Below, piece after piece: positions 39,736-49,065 of a stretch of 64,000 nucleotides of DNA (the stretch's first letter is position 1; each line of letters opens with the position of its first letter). The DNA lies in the NCBI GenBank assembly GCA_963682135.1, contig OY821645.1:896001-960000 (forward strand). The letters run 5' to 3'. The stretch comes from Methanothrix sp. Lineage in GTDB: Archaea; Halobacteriota; Methanosarcinia; Methanotrichales; Methanotrichaceae. The position numbers were made by a program, and so were the translations under genes. Below the pieces are notes generated by a model. That model did not search any database. It was not told the origin of the DNA and saw only the letters and a list, made by a program, of their open reading frames with translations.

Positions 39736-40335
39736 GTCAAGATTCTCTTCGTTGGTGTGAACGGAACTGGAATGACGACTAGCATTGCCAAGGTTGCCAG
39801 GTATCTGATGAACCGGAGCTACTCCGTTGTCCTGGCCGCGGGCGATACCTTCCGAGCCGGAGCCATTGAGCAGCTTGAGGTGCACGGCAATAGCCTGGGC
39901 CTCAAGGTCGTCAAGCACAAGACGGGCGGCGACCCGGCGGCTGTGATCTTCGATGCCGTGGAGTATGCCAAGGCACACAACAAGGATGTGGTGCTGGCGG
40001 ATACTGCCGGAAGGCTGCATACCAACATCAATCTCATGGATCAGATGAGAAAGATCGTGCGCGTGACCAAACCCGATCTGCTCATCTTCGTAGATGAAGC
40101 AATAGCCGGCAACGATGCCGTGGAGAGGGCGCGCCTCTTCAACGAGTCGGTGCCCATCGACGGCTCCATTCTCACCAAGACGGATGCCGACGCCAAGGGC
40201 GGCTCCGCGATCTCCATCGCCTACATCACAGGCAAGCCCGTGCTCTTTTTGGGCATAGGCCAGACCTATCCAGACCTGGTGAAGTTCGAGCCGGAGTGGC
40301 TGGTGGACAGGCTGATGGGAGAGGCGGAAGCGTAA
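39736..40335 (+). pseudogene. ftsY: Second copy of the ftsY 3' 600 bp (divergent allele)
   Basis: Colinear with 37870-38469; about 23 substitutions by manual count, nearly all synonymous; P-loop K changed to M. Confidence 0.93.
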
Positions 40336-40445
40336 AAACAAGCAGCGCCCGCGCCGCCCGGAGCCCTGGGCATGCTCGAAACCGACCGGGAAGAGGGCGG
40401 TCGCAACTACTCCTGCGATCCGCACCCCAATCCCCACACCATCAT

Positions 40446-41222
40446 CTAAGCTATCAATTCCGGCAAGATCGGATCACGATTGCTCCAAACTACGGGCACA
40501 ATCTCGTAGCTTCGAAGCGCTTCGATTACTGATGGTGAGACCGCTCTTTCCGAATCATTAAGAAAGGCATACGCTTTTGAATCAGGCTTTCGCACTTCTC
40601 TCGTATCCATCCAGGAGAAAGCTAGAGCTTGTGCTTCATTTTTATCCGGACGATTGATTGCCTGAAGGATTCTTTCCGGTGCCTGGCGATATTTGGGTAT
40701 CACTGCATCAAAGAGATGATCATAACCGCTTTTGCCCGCAAATTTTACATTTGGAATAAAGCGAATATAATTTTGTTCCAACCAGGCCACGAAATCTTCC
40801 AGGAATAGGCTGATAACATTGGGCTTGGCCAGATAGAATAGGTCGTTTACAGCCAGCATAGCCTGAATCAGGTTGTGCTTCTTTAGAGGAAAATTCTCTG
40901 GAGAGGCTGTGACCTGGAGCATTCTGCCTTCAACAAGCTTGACACCAAAGCCATTTAGAGTCATATTGAGCAGCTCCGACCTCTTTGGCGTGTCAAGATC
41001 GCATCCCGACTGCATGAGATCCTGCAGAATATATCCGTCATCTGTCATGAGATAGCTGCCGTTTTGTCTCCTGGCGTAGATCTGCAGATAATCGTTATGC
41101 CTATCAAGATATGGTGTAGTAATCTCGAACCAATCATCAACTCTGCGAAGGGTTATCTTGGCTCTGAGCCAGGATGTATAATCATCCATTAATTGTTGGA
41201 CTTCAGTGGTCGTAATAATCAA
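40446..41222 (-). CDS. DUF1828/DUF1829-like protein with a possible restriction-endonuclease-like C-terminus
   Basis: EITTPYLDRHNDYLQIY, LMTDDGY, KHNLIQAMLAVNDLF, GKSGYDHLFD. Confidence 0.75.
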   Translation of the reverse strand: MIITTTEVQQLMDDYTSWLRAKITLRRVDDWFEITTPYLDRHNDYLQIYARRQNGSYLMTDDGYILQDLMQSGCDLDTPKRSELLNMTLNGFGVKLVEGRMLQVTASPENFPLKKHNLIQAMLAVNDLFYLAKPNVISLFLEDFVAWLEQNYIRFIPNVKFAGKSGYDHLFDAVIPKYRQAPERILQAINRPDKNEAQALAFSWMDTREVRKPDSKAYAFLNDSERAVSPSVIEALRSYEIVPVVWSNRDPILPELIA

Positions 41223-41661
41223 CCCCCTTCTGAATATCAGGTGGGCGAGTCACATTGCAGCATTTCATAAAGTCTTGAAGCGTCTGCCAGAGATCCGCGA
41301 TATTTGCAAATTGATTCGATTGCAGTGGCTCAGCAAAACGGTCTCCATATCCTTCCCGATATTTGTGAAGGTGGGGACAGGATATTTCCTGACCATCGGG
41401 ATTACGATGAGGCGGACCGTTCAGGTCCAGACGCATTAGAACTACAATGACCTTTGCCCGATTCTGATATGTTGCCTTAAGGCGGTTGATCCTTCCTCGA
41501 CTTATATCAAGCCAAAAAGATTCCCTCTGATCTTCAGAAATTAGAGGGACAACGATAGAACCGCCTACTCCAGGAAAATGGAACTCATCCTCATTGGCTC
41601 TATGTTTTGGCATAGCAATGAGCAAATCTGCCTCATTCTGGGTTAGATCAAGATCTGACAT
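41203..41661 (-). CDS. DUF6978-like protein
   Basis: LTQNEADLLIAMPK, LMRLDLNGPPHRNPDG...PHLHKYREGY; overlaps the downstream gene. Confidence 0.7.
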   Translation of the reverse strand: MSDLDLTQNEADLLIAMPKHRANEDEFHFPGVGGSIVVPLISEDQRESFWLDISRGRINRLKATYQNRAKVIVVLMRLDLNGPPHRNPDGQEISCPHLHKYREGYGDRFAEPLQSNQFANIADLWQTLQDFMKCCNVTRPPDIQKGVDYYDH

Positions 41662-41776
41662 CAGTAAATGATATTAATTTGGTGAATATGGATATATCTT
41701 TTGGTGTGGCAAATTTCAGACGGCGAAATCCATCGAATTTTTTTGACCCTGCGCCCTTAAGACAGGAGTCAGCCAC

Positions 41777-42004
41777 GGCCTCAAGGTCGTCAAGCACAAA
41801 ACGGGCGGCGACCCGGCAGCTGTGATCTTTGATGTAGTGGAGACGGCGCGCCTCTTCAACTAGTCGGTGCCCATCGACGGCTCCATTCTCACCAAGACGG
41901 ATGCCGACGCCAAAGGCGGCTCTGCGATCTCCATCGCCTACATCACAGGCAAGCCCGTGCTCTTTTTGGGCATTGGCCGGACCTATCCGGACCTGGTGAA
42001 GTTC
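41777..42004 (+). pseudogene. ftsY: Third, decayed copy of the ftsY 3' region
   Basis: Matches 38032-38421 minus a 162-bp deletion between two GATGCYGTGGAG repeats; GAG changed to TAG at 41861. Confidence 0.9.
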
Positions 42005-42127
42005 ACCCATGCCCAACTGGATTCCCGCGTCACCTGTGCAAGAGCTTGCCTGGTAAGTTTTGTCCATCCAGACGGCTCCACGCGCGCAGCCGGAACCAGA
42101 GGCGTGGACGCGGCGCAGGCGAGCGGC

Positions 42128-42245
42128 TGGCCCGCTGCCCCACAAATACCTTCAAGCCGGAGACTGCCCCGAACCTCGGCTAAACAGCCTTTGTGCGTCC
42201 TTTGTGGCTTTGTGCCTTTGTGGTTAGCGTAACTTTTAGGTTATA
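42128..42245 (+). repeat. 118-bp direct repeat, copy 1 (contains CTTTGTG x4)
   Basis: Colinear with 43365-43482; last 85 bp are 81/85 identical. Confidence 0.9.
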
Positions 42246-42511
42246 GTATAATAATAACTGCAAGCCGCCACAGTTTCCAAAAATCCCGCTGCCCGAAAAT
42301 CTGCCCTGCCGGGCCTCCCACCCCCTAGGCCGCTAGCCCACGCCGCCCGCGCTTGCCATGCGTGAGCCCGCACGCGCGTGCCCGTCGGGAGGCTGCCATC
42401 AACTCGACAGCATCACAATCCAGGTCAGTTTTGCAGGAGCGAAAATGCTTTATTCTCACGGCAAAGTATTCGGTAATATAAATTGAGATGCAGCCGAATG
42501 GAGTTTGGTAA

Positions 42512-42664
42512 ATGGCAAGGCAAATTAAGCTTGGAATGGTATTTGAGGGTGCTGAGGCTGAAGAATTCCTCCAGAACGAAAACAGCTCAGTTTTTACCTC
42601 CGAGCAGCTCGCTTTCTTCAAGAAAGCAAAGAGAATTTACAGAGCCAATCGCAATAAATTTTGA
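42512..42664 (+). CDS. 50-aa putative antitoxin (not in ORF track)
   Basis: MARQIKLGMVFEGAEAEEFLQNENSSVFTSEQLAFFKKAKRIYRANRNKF*; TGATG overlap with the GNAT gene. Confidence 0.75.
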   Translation: MARQIKLGMVFEGAEAEEFLQNENSSVFTSEQLAFFKKAKRIYRANRNKF

Positions 42665-43239
42665 TGACCGGAATTTTGGAAAGGGAACTCTCCATATTAT
42701 TGCTAAGTTCCAGATATGACCTTTCTCCGTTCGATTCCGGCAATGTTGAGCTAAACGCCTTTCTTAAGAATGATGCATTGCATGAGCAGGAGGAATTCCT
42801 GAGCAAAACGCATCTCTGTTTTTATAGGGACCGTGTTGCAGGCTTCATCTCTATGGCCGCAGCTTCCGTCCAGGTAAAAAAAGACAAGCTTGATCCGCGT
42901 CAAATCATCGATGACTGCGAATATCCTGCGTATCCTTGTATCTTAATTGCACGACTTGCAGTCGACAAAAAGCTTCAAGGACACGGCATAGGGAGTTATC
43001 TTCTTTCCCTTGCTATTGGTTATGTCATGGAGAGCCCCCTTGGATGCAGATACCTGGCAGTAGATCCAAAAGATGACGCCTTAGAGTTCTATGAAAAAAT
43101 CGGATTTAGATTTTGGACAAAGAGCCAGAGCAGGATGTTTTTGAATCTGCGAGATGTATCCGAACAAATGAAACTGAATGAATCACAGGATTTGTGGACA
43201 ACAAACGATAATTCAGAATTAAAATCGAACACAGGCTGA
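42664..43239 (+). CDS. GNAT acetyltransferase of TacT/AtaT toxin type
   Basis: FDSGNVELNAFLK, YPCILIARLAVD...QGHGIG, FYEKIGF. Confidence 0.85.
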   Translation: MTGILERELSILLLSSRYDLSPFDSGNVELNAFLKNDALHEQEEFLSKTHLCFYRDRVAGFISMAAASVQVKKDKLDPRQIIDDCEYPAYPCILIARLAVDKKLQGHGIGSYLLSLAIGYVMESPLGCRYLAVDPKDDALEFYEKIGFRFWTKSQSRMFLNLRDVSEQMKLNESQDLWTTNDNSELKSNTG

Positions 43240-43364
43240 AGCATCAAATCTATCCCGCTCTATTTTGTCGTCCTCCCGGTCCCCCGATGTTGCCTGCTCA
43301 CATAGCCACCCTCGTGCCCGAGACGACGAAAGCGACACATCCTGGCGGCTGCCCAGGGCACGGA

Positions 43365-43482
43365 TGGCCCGCTGCCCCGCAATGATCGATAAACTGAAGA
43401 CTGGCCCGAACCTCTGCTAAACGGCCTTTGTGCGTCCTTTGTGGCTTTGTGCCTTTGTGGTTAGCGTAACTGTTAGGTTATA
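43365..43482 (+). repeat. 118-bp direct repeat, copy 2
   Basis: Offset 1237 bp from copy 1. Confidence 0.9.
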
Positions 43483-43596
43483 ATCGAACCGGTGAGCGTT
43501 ATTGAGTAAAGTTCTCCAAAAATACCGGGAAGGCCGGAAAGATCAGCAAATCCGCCTTTCCCTGCCTACCGAATAAGCCTAGCACCTTTGATATTA

Positions 43597-44394
43597 TCAA
43601 TCCAATATCTTAATCGCTTCTTCCGCCGTCTTGCCCTTGTTGACAATAGCCGCAATGGCCATGGTCATCTTCACGGGATCCTTATGCTGGAAGACATTCC
43701 TGCCGATGGCAACGCCGCGCGCGCCAGCCTGCAAGGCTCCGTCAATCATTTGCAGGAATTCCATGTCCGTCTCGGTCTTGGGCCCGCCGGCGATGACCAC
43801 AGGCACCGGACAGCCATCCACCACTCGCCGGAAGGAATCGATATCTCCGGTGTAGTTGGTCTTGATTATATCCGCGCCAAGCTCCGCGCCGGCCCGGGCG
43901 GCGTGAGCCACGACCTCCACATCATTGGGATTGACGATGGCTTTGCCGCGCGGGTACATCATGGCTATGAGCGGCATGCCCCAGAAGTCACAGCGCTCGC
44001 TGACACAGCCCATTATGCTGAGCTGATCTGACTCGGTCTCAGAGCCGATATTGATGTGAATCGATACTGCATCTGCTCCCATCTTCAGGCACTCCTCCAC
44101 CAGGCAGACCTGTACCTTGTTATTGGGATCGGGGCCAAGGGAGGTTGAGGCGCTCATATGCACAATCAGACCGACATCTCGACCGTAACCGCGATGTCCA
44201 TGGCGGACCATTCCCTTTTGCTGAAGAACGGCATTGGCTCCGCCCTTGGCCACCTTGTTTACCATCTCTGGCAGGTCGACCAATCCCTTGATGGGGCCGA
44301 CGGATATGCCGTGGTCCAGTGGAATTATGACTGTGTTCCCGCTGTCTCTGTCCATTATCCTTTCAATTCGAACTCTCTTGCCAATCTCACCCAA
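43597..44394 (-). CDS. DhnA-type class I aldolase, probably 2-amino-3,7-dideoxy-D-threo-hept-6-ulosonate synthase (aroA')
   Basis: [33 protein letters not shown]. Confidence 0.85.
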   Translation of the reverse strand: MGEIGKRVRIERIMDRDSGNTVIIPLDHGISVGPIKGLVDLPEMVNKVAKGGANAVLQQKGMVRHGHRGYGRDVGLIVHMSASTSLGPDPNNKVQVCLVEECLKMGADAVSIHINIGSETESDQLSIMGCVSERCDFWGMPLIAMMYPRGKAIVNPNDVEVVAHAARAGAELGADIIKTNYTGDIDSFRRVVDGCPVPVVIAGGPKTETDMEFLQMIDGALQAGARGVAIGRNVFQHKDPVKMTMAIAAIVNKGKTAEEAIKILD

Positions 44395-44569
44395 ATTGTA
44401 TCATCCCGTAAATGTTAACATGTCACATGCTAGCACGTATCATATTTAAGTGTTGCGATTAGCTGATTGCAGGCATCAAGAAGACGATAGGTTGATGATG
44501 ATGACTACGATTATGATATAGAATGGCCCGGCGCGAGGAAAATAATTGAAATAAAAAATTGCGATTCAG

Positions 44570-44962
44570 CTAGCTGCAACCGCAGTCGCTGTCATCGTGT
44601 CCGCATCCGCATTCGCCGTGGTCGTGATCGCAACTGCTGTGATCATGATCACAGCTATCGACATTGGCACAGGAACCACAGCCGGAGATTTCATCCTCTG
44701 GGCCCCTAATGATGAACCCGGTTCCCCTATCGTCGTCCACGTAATCAATTATGGTCTCGCTGAGCAGTTCAGTATCCTGTGGGCTCATGTAGACCTTTAC
44801 GCCCCGGCTCTCATAAACTTTGTCACCAGCCTCCTCGTTTCCCAGAGCCAGACCATAATTCGCGCCGGTAGCATCAATAGCTGCCAGGAACATCCTGATC
44901 ACTTTGCCTTCTACCAGGCTATGCTTTATCATATTAGCTGCCGCCTCTGTAATCTCTATCAT
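44570..44962 (-). CDS. HesB/IscA-family protein with a Cys/His/Asp-rich tail
   Basis: IEITEAA...IDYVDDDRGTGF...CGSC; tail CDHDHSSCDHDHGECGCGHDD. Confidence 0.8.
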   Translation of the reverse strand: MIEITEAAANMIKHSLVEGKVIRMFLAAIDATGANYGLALGNEEAGDKVYESRGVKVYMSPQDTELLSETIIDYVDDDRGTGFIIRGPEDEISGCGSCANVDSCDHDHSSCDHDHGECGCGHDDSDCGCS

Positions 44963-45144
44963 GAACTGCACATCCAAATCATATCACCACAAACTCGTAT
45001 TTATAGATATTATCTTTTCAGACTCCGCCAAAAGGGAGATGGAGGATTTGGAGCTGGAGCTGAAATATCTCTTCATCGAGCACCTTGAGAAGACGCATAG
45101 AATGTTGATATTTGCCATAAAAAGGATAAGGGGGCGATCCGCAA

Positions 45145-45276
45145 TTAAACGCAGGGCAGCCAGTCAACGCTGATGGCTTCGCATGTGGAATTGCCCCAGA
45201 GCTGAATGAACTTTGCAGACGATGCCAACCCGACCAGCGCAAATATCAGTACCGCCAACATAAGCATTCTCTTCAC
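45145..45276 (-). CDS. Possible 43-aa secreted peptide or truncated gene
   Basis: GGAGG then GTG; MKRMLMLAVLIFALVGLASSA signal-like sequence; two Cys. Confidence 0.4.
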   Translation of the reverse strand: MKRMLMLAVLIFALVGLASSAKFIQLWGNSTCEAISVDWLPCV

Positions 45277-45294
45277 TATTCTTCCCTCCACCCT

Positions 45295-46713
45295 TTACCA
45301 GAGCAACAGTCCCGCATACCTCACTGCATAAACCACGCCCACCACTATCACCAGCAGCCCGAAGAATTTGGTGGTCCAGGCTCCAACGGATACATATTTC
45401 TCTCCGATCCTTCCCCCCACTGCCCGAGAGAAGGTGGCAATGGGAATGATGGGCACACCATGCCCGATTCCAAAGATGAAGAGCATCACGCCTCCTGCCA
45501 GGGGAGTAATATTTTGCGAGGCCAGCCAGATCAATACCGGCAGAACCATGGAGAGAGCACAGGGTGCCCATCCCAGGGCGAAGAATATGCCGAGCGTGAA
45601 GGCGCCAATGAAAGAGGAGTGCTTGAATAGAGCAACAGATGCCTCAACCGACCTTTGCAGCAGGCTTTTCCTGGTCTCGCAATACTCTCCTTCTCCACGA
45701 TAGAGCCTAATTCGAGATCTCACCGGCTCCAGGATCTCTTCCAATGGCTTGATATTGCTGATGCCCAGAAGTATCATGATAATACCGGCTATCAGGTCGA
45801 AGATCCTGGAGTCTCTTATGAACAGGCCCACCTGAGAGATGAACAGCCCCAGCACAAAGAATACTGCGGCCATGCCAAAGGTAAAGGCAATGCCTATCAT
45901 AAAACCCTCTCTTGAGGTTGAGACGCTCTTTCTCAGGTATTCATCCTTTCTTCTTACGGTCATAACATAGGAGAATACGGCGATCATAAGAGCTATGGAG
46001 CAGGGTGCAAGTGACGTTAATATGCCCAGCAAGAACATACCAAAGGCGGACACATCCTGCCGGAAGACCTCTCCCTCCAGGCCATTCCACTCTCTGCCAC
46101 CCACGTCTTGCAGCTTCTGGTAAAGCTTTTCGCTACTCTGCACACCGTCTTGCACCCCCTCGCCCACCCGGTAGACATGATAGACTGCAGCGATATTGCC
46201 GTCTTTGTCGATGAGAAGAATTGTGGGGTTGGAAGAGCCGCCTCTCACATTCCAGTAGTCTAGATACTTGCTGGCGATCGTATAAGGCTCAATATCCTCA
46301 GCCCAAGGCCAGGTGATATTCAGCTTCCACCACTTCTCCGCCAGTGATTTGCCGTCACGCGAGTAGGAATTCTTCCTCAGGTTCAATGTGACTATCTGGA
46401 CCGCCGGATGCGCAGCCTTGAGTCTTACCAGCTCCTCTACCTGTCCTTTCAGGGACGCTTCGCATTCCACACAAAGAGGTATCTCGATGTTGGTGATATG
46501 CAGGATAAGAGGCGCGCCGGCAAAGTCGGAAAGAGAGAAATTCTTGCCGTCAACTCCAGTGGCCGTAAACTGCGGGGCCTTTATGGCATCAGCGGCAAAT
46601 ACGGGACTGGAAAAGATGGCTAGAAAGGCCAGAGCGAAAAGGAGGATGAGAGCTGCCGGTTGCAGCTTTTTCTTGCAGCTATTGGCGATTATCAGTATCA
46701 CTCTCTGGTCCAT
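45295..46713 (-). CDS. Redoxin domain fused to CcdA/DsbD transmembrane domain
   Basis: CVEC in a redoxin fold; SLAPCS and WAPCA TM cysteines. Confidence 0.85.
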   Translation of the reverse strand: MDQRVILIIANSCKKKLQPAALILLFALAFLAIFSSPVFAADAIKAPQFTATGVDGKNFSLSDFAGAPLILHITNIEIPLCVECEASLKGQVEELVRLKAAHPAVQIVTLNLRKNSYSRDGKSLAEKWWKLNITWPWAEDIEPYTIASKYLDYWNVRGGSSNPTILLIDKDGNIAAVYHVYRVGEGVQDGVQSSEKLYQKLQDVGGREWNGLEGEVFRQDVSAFGMFLLGILTSLAPCSIALMIAVFSYVMTVRRKDEYLRKSVSTSREGFMIGIAFTFGMAAVFFVLGLFISQVGLFIRDSRIFDLIAGIIMILLGISNIKPLEEILEPVRSRIRLYRGEGEYCETRKSLLQRSVEASVALFKHSSFIGAFTLGIFFALGWAPCALSMVLPVLIWLASQNITPLAGGVMLFIFGIGHGVPIIPIATFSRAVGGRIGEKYVSVGAWTTKFFGLLVIVVGVVYAVRYAGLLLW

Positions 46714-47288
46714 GCGGCGCTATTCTGCTTGTAGTAGTAGATAGCATCCTTCACATAAGCGTCGATCCTTCCCTCGCTCATGGCATCAATTTCGCTGCGC
46801 CAGACGACATCCACCTTTCCGTCCGGGCCCTTGGCCAGGGTGATGAAGATGGTTGTTGGGACGACCGGCTTTCCCATTCCAAACGGATCATAGACATCCA
46901 GGATATCAATCGCCTCTTGCAAGCTGCTTCCTTCCCCCAGTATATCGTAATAATCGAGATCGCCGCTATTGCTATTCACAGCCGCTTTAATTCTTGGCGT
47001 CTGGGTCAGGCAGGGCACGCAGTTGCTGCTATGAATCAGGATGAGCACAGGCTTTTCCTTGAGAGCTTTCATTATCCAGTCCGGATGTTCTACCGCCTTG
47101 CCTGAGTTTTCATTCTGATCGGGATATGTCGTCCACCAGTCGTCATCTCCTGAGCCTACGACATGCGCAGGACTGTAGCTATTCCAATCCTGGGAAAGGG
47201 CCGTGTCCGCCGTTACGAATACCGCAATAGAAAAGGCAGCCATCGCCACCAGAACCGATAATGTGAAATTCCTGAACCTAACTAGCAT
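46698..47288 (-). CDS. Exported thioredoxin-family protein
   Basis: Signal peptide, CVPC, VPT cis-Pro. Confidence 0.8.
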   Translation of the reverse strand: MLVRFRNFTLSVLVAMAAFSIAVFVTADTALSQDWNSYSPAHVVGSGDDDWWTTYPDQNENSGKAVEHPDWIMKALKEKPVLILIHSSNCVPCLTQTPRIKAAVNSNSGDLDYYDILGEGSSLQEAIDILDVYDPFGMGKPVVPTTIFITLAKGPDGKVDVVWRSEIDAMSEGRIDAYVKDAIYYYKQNSAAWTRE

Positions 47289-47431
47289 GATTTAAACCCC
47301 CGAAATATCCTTTGCTCCATTAATCCGACTGGAGAATGACAAAAGTGCCCGGAAATAGCGCCCGCTTCCGGCCATCTGCATGCAAAGCATAGAAACATTA
47401 ACGAGAACCAGAATGTGACGCTTCATATTTA

Positions 47432-47890
47432 TTGTTTTTGGGCGACAGCATTCACCGCCTGAGCGCCAACTTCCACGAGCTACCTACCAACCAGCCGCTT
47501 TCGCCTGTGGCCAATAACCAGCGCGATGCCGCTATGCAGAGCCAGGTGTTCCAGGTACCCGTAAACTTCAGCCCGAGTAGTCAGGGTGGGCCGGTGACTG
47601 CTCCACAGGCGGGAGCGGCCGATAGTTCCTATCTCCAGGGCAATCTGGTTAGAGAGAAGATCCCGAAGACCTATGACTTCGTACAAGGAGGGGAGAGATA
47701 CCGCTCCATGAACAGAACCGAATCGAAGCATCTGGTGGAAAACCTAGGTGGCCGATCTGAGTCTCGTCACTGACACAAGTATCCAGAAGCGAGCTATCGA
47801 GAACCTGGCAAAGGCGGACGAGGGGCTGGCAAGAGCCGTGGGGACTCGGGCCGGAGAAGTTGATTCAAAAGAGATGAAAAGATCTGAAGC
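47432..47890 (+). pseudogene. Remnant of a monofunctional heme catalase C-terminus, frameshifted near 47747
   Basis: HRLSANFHELPTNQP..VANNQRDAAMQ, DFVQGGERYRSM...LVENL, then in another frame VADLSLV...IQKRAIENLAKAD. Confidence 0.7.
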
Positions 47891-47967
47891 CTTGCGACCC
47901 CCAGGCCTCGTCTCTATCTTCTATTTTGGACGGAAAGGGCCATGTGTAGTCCTGAAAACTCAGGACT

Positions 47968-49065
47968 ATGTATAATGAAGAGAACCACAAGTTACTTAAG
48001 TGCCTGAGTCATGCTAAAGAATTGGATCATGGGAGGGATGAGATAGCGGTGTCTCTAAGAGTTGCAGGTATTGTTTTATTTTTTATTTTGGCTTTGTTCA
48101 TACAGCCGTTTGCTTGTAATCAGGCAGCAGGTCAATCTGCTACACAAGCAGAAATAAATGCATCTCAAAACGCAGGAGATCTTGGATATAAATTAATTAA
48201 TGATCCAATTACCGGAGGCCGCTACTATCTTATCGGCTCAAAATACCGAGAGTCTGTTGCCAGCGAGAAAAAAATTGGACCAACAAATGCAGCCGAATCA
48301 ATAATTAATGCAACGGCAACGAAAGACATTATTCCAACAAAGAACCTATGTGAATCGTGTGTTTTTTATATAAATTCCGCAGAAGAGCTTAGAATAAGTC
48401 TTAATAATACTACTTGCATTAAAAAGATAATTTTATTAGAGAGTGGAAAATATAATGGTCAATTTTATATAGGTAATAATATAAGTAATGTAACAATTAA
48501 GCCTGACCCTAAAAATAGAGGTTCTGTGATATTAGATGCTATGAATGCCGATTTCAATTTTGCTTTAGAAAATACATCGAATGTTTCGATCAATGGCCTA
48601 ACGCTTAAGAATGGGAATAATGGTATTTTATTGGAAAAAGTTAAAAATTGTCTAGTTGATGGTAATAAAATTTATGGTTTCAAATTTAATGGTATTTTTG
48701 CAGATCATAGTGTTCAAAATAATAGTATAACAAATAACATTATTAGTTCAGATAAGTATCAAAATGATGTCTCTGGAATAACCCTAAGCGAATCAAGAGA
48801 TGTAGTAATCGGAGGGAATGAGATTCTTGTTGGTTATAAAAATCCATATTCTAATATAAATGGTAATAATTACATAGATATTTTATTAAATAAAAGCGTT
48901 GGAAACATCATAAATTTTAATGGAATCGGCATCATTACTGAAGATGCCATAAATTGCGGAGTTACATGCGATGGAGATGCACCAAAGTGCGCCTGTGAAT
49001 CTGTAGAAGATGGATGTCAACATTTTATAGGAATAAGCAATAACAGTTGGAGCTTTATATGCTAG
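47968..49065 (+). CDS. Secreted right-handed beta-helix (NosD/pectin-lyase-like) protein, AT-rich
   Basis: TM/signal, GILLEKVKNCLVDGNKI, NSITNNII repeats, Cys-rich C-terminus. Confidence 0.75.
   Translation: MYNEENHKLLKCLSHAKELDHGRDEIAVSLRVAGIVLFFILALFIQPFACNQAAGQSATQAEINASQNAGDLGYKLINDPITGGRYYLIGSKYRESVASEKKIGPTNAAESIINATATKDIIPTKNLCESCVFYINSAEELRISLNNTTCIKKIILLESGKYNGQFYIGNNISNVTIKPDPKNRGSVILDAMNADFNFALENTSNVSINGLTLKNGNNGILLEKVKNCLVDGNKIYGFKFNGIFADHSVQNNSITNNIISSDKYQNDVSGITLSESRDVVIGGNEILVGYKNPYSNINGNNYIDILLNKSVGNIINFNGIGIITEDAINCGVTCDGDAPKCACESVEDGCQHFIGISNNSWSFIC

Noticed and set aside
39736-40335. ftsY copies as the template/variable repeats of a diversity-generating retroelement
   Set aside because: About 14 of 23 differences are at A in the functional copy, but 9 are not and nearly all are synonymous third positions; there is no reverse transcriptase in the window
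41861-41863. In-frame TAG as pyrrolysine readthrough
   Set aside because: It lies in a deleted, startless ftsY fragment and replaces GAG, so it is a simple nonsense change
42189-42223. CTTTGTG repeats as a CRISPR array
   Set aside because: Units are only 8-11 bp with no spacers and no cas genes
43365-43482. Direct repeats as integron attC sites (GTTAGGT fits GTTRRRY)
   Set aside because: No matching RYYYAAC and no extended hairpin; copy 1 lacks the same GTT; no IntI-type integrase
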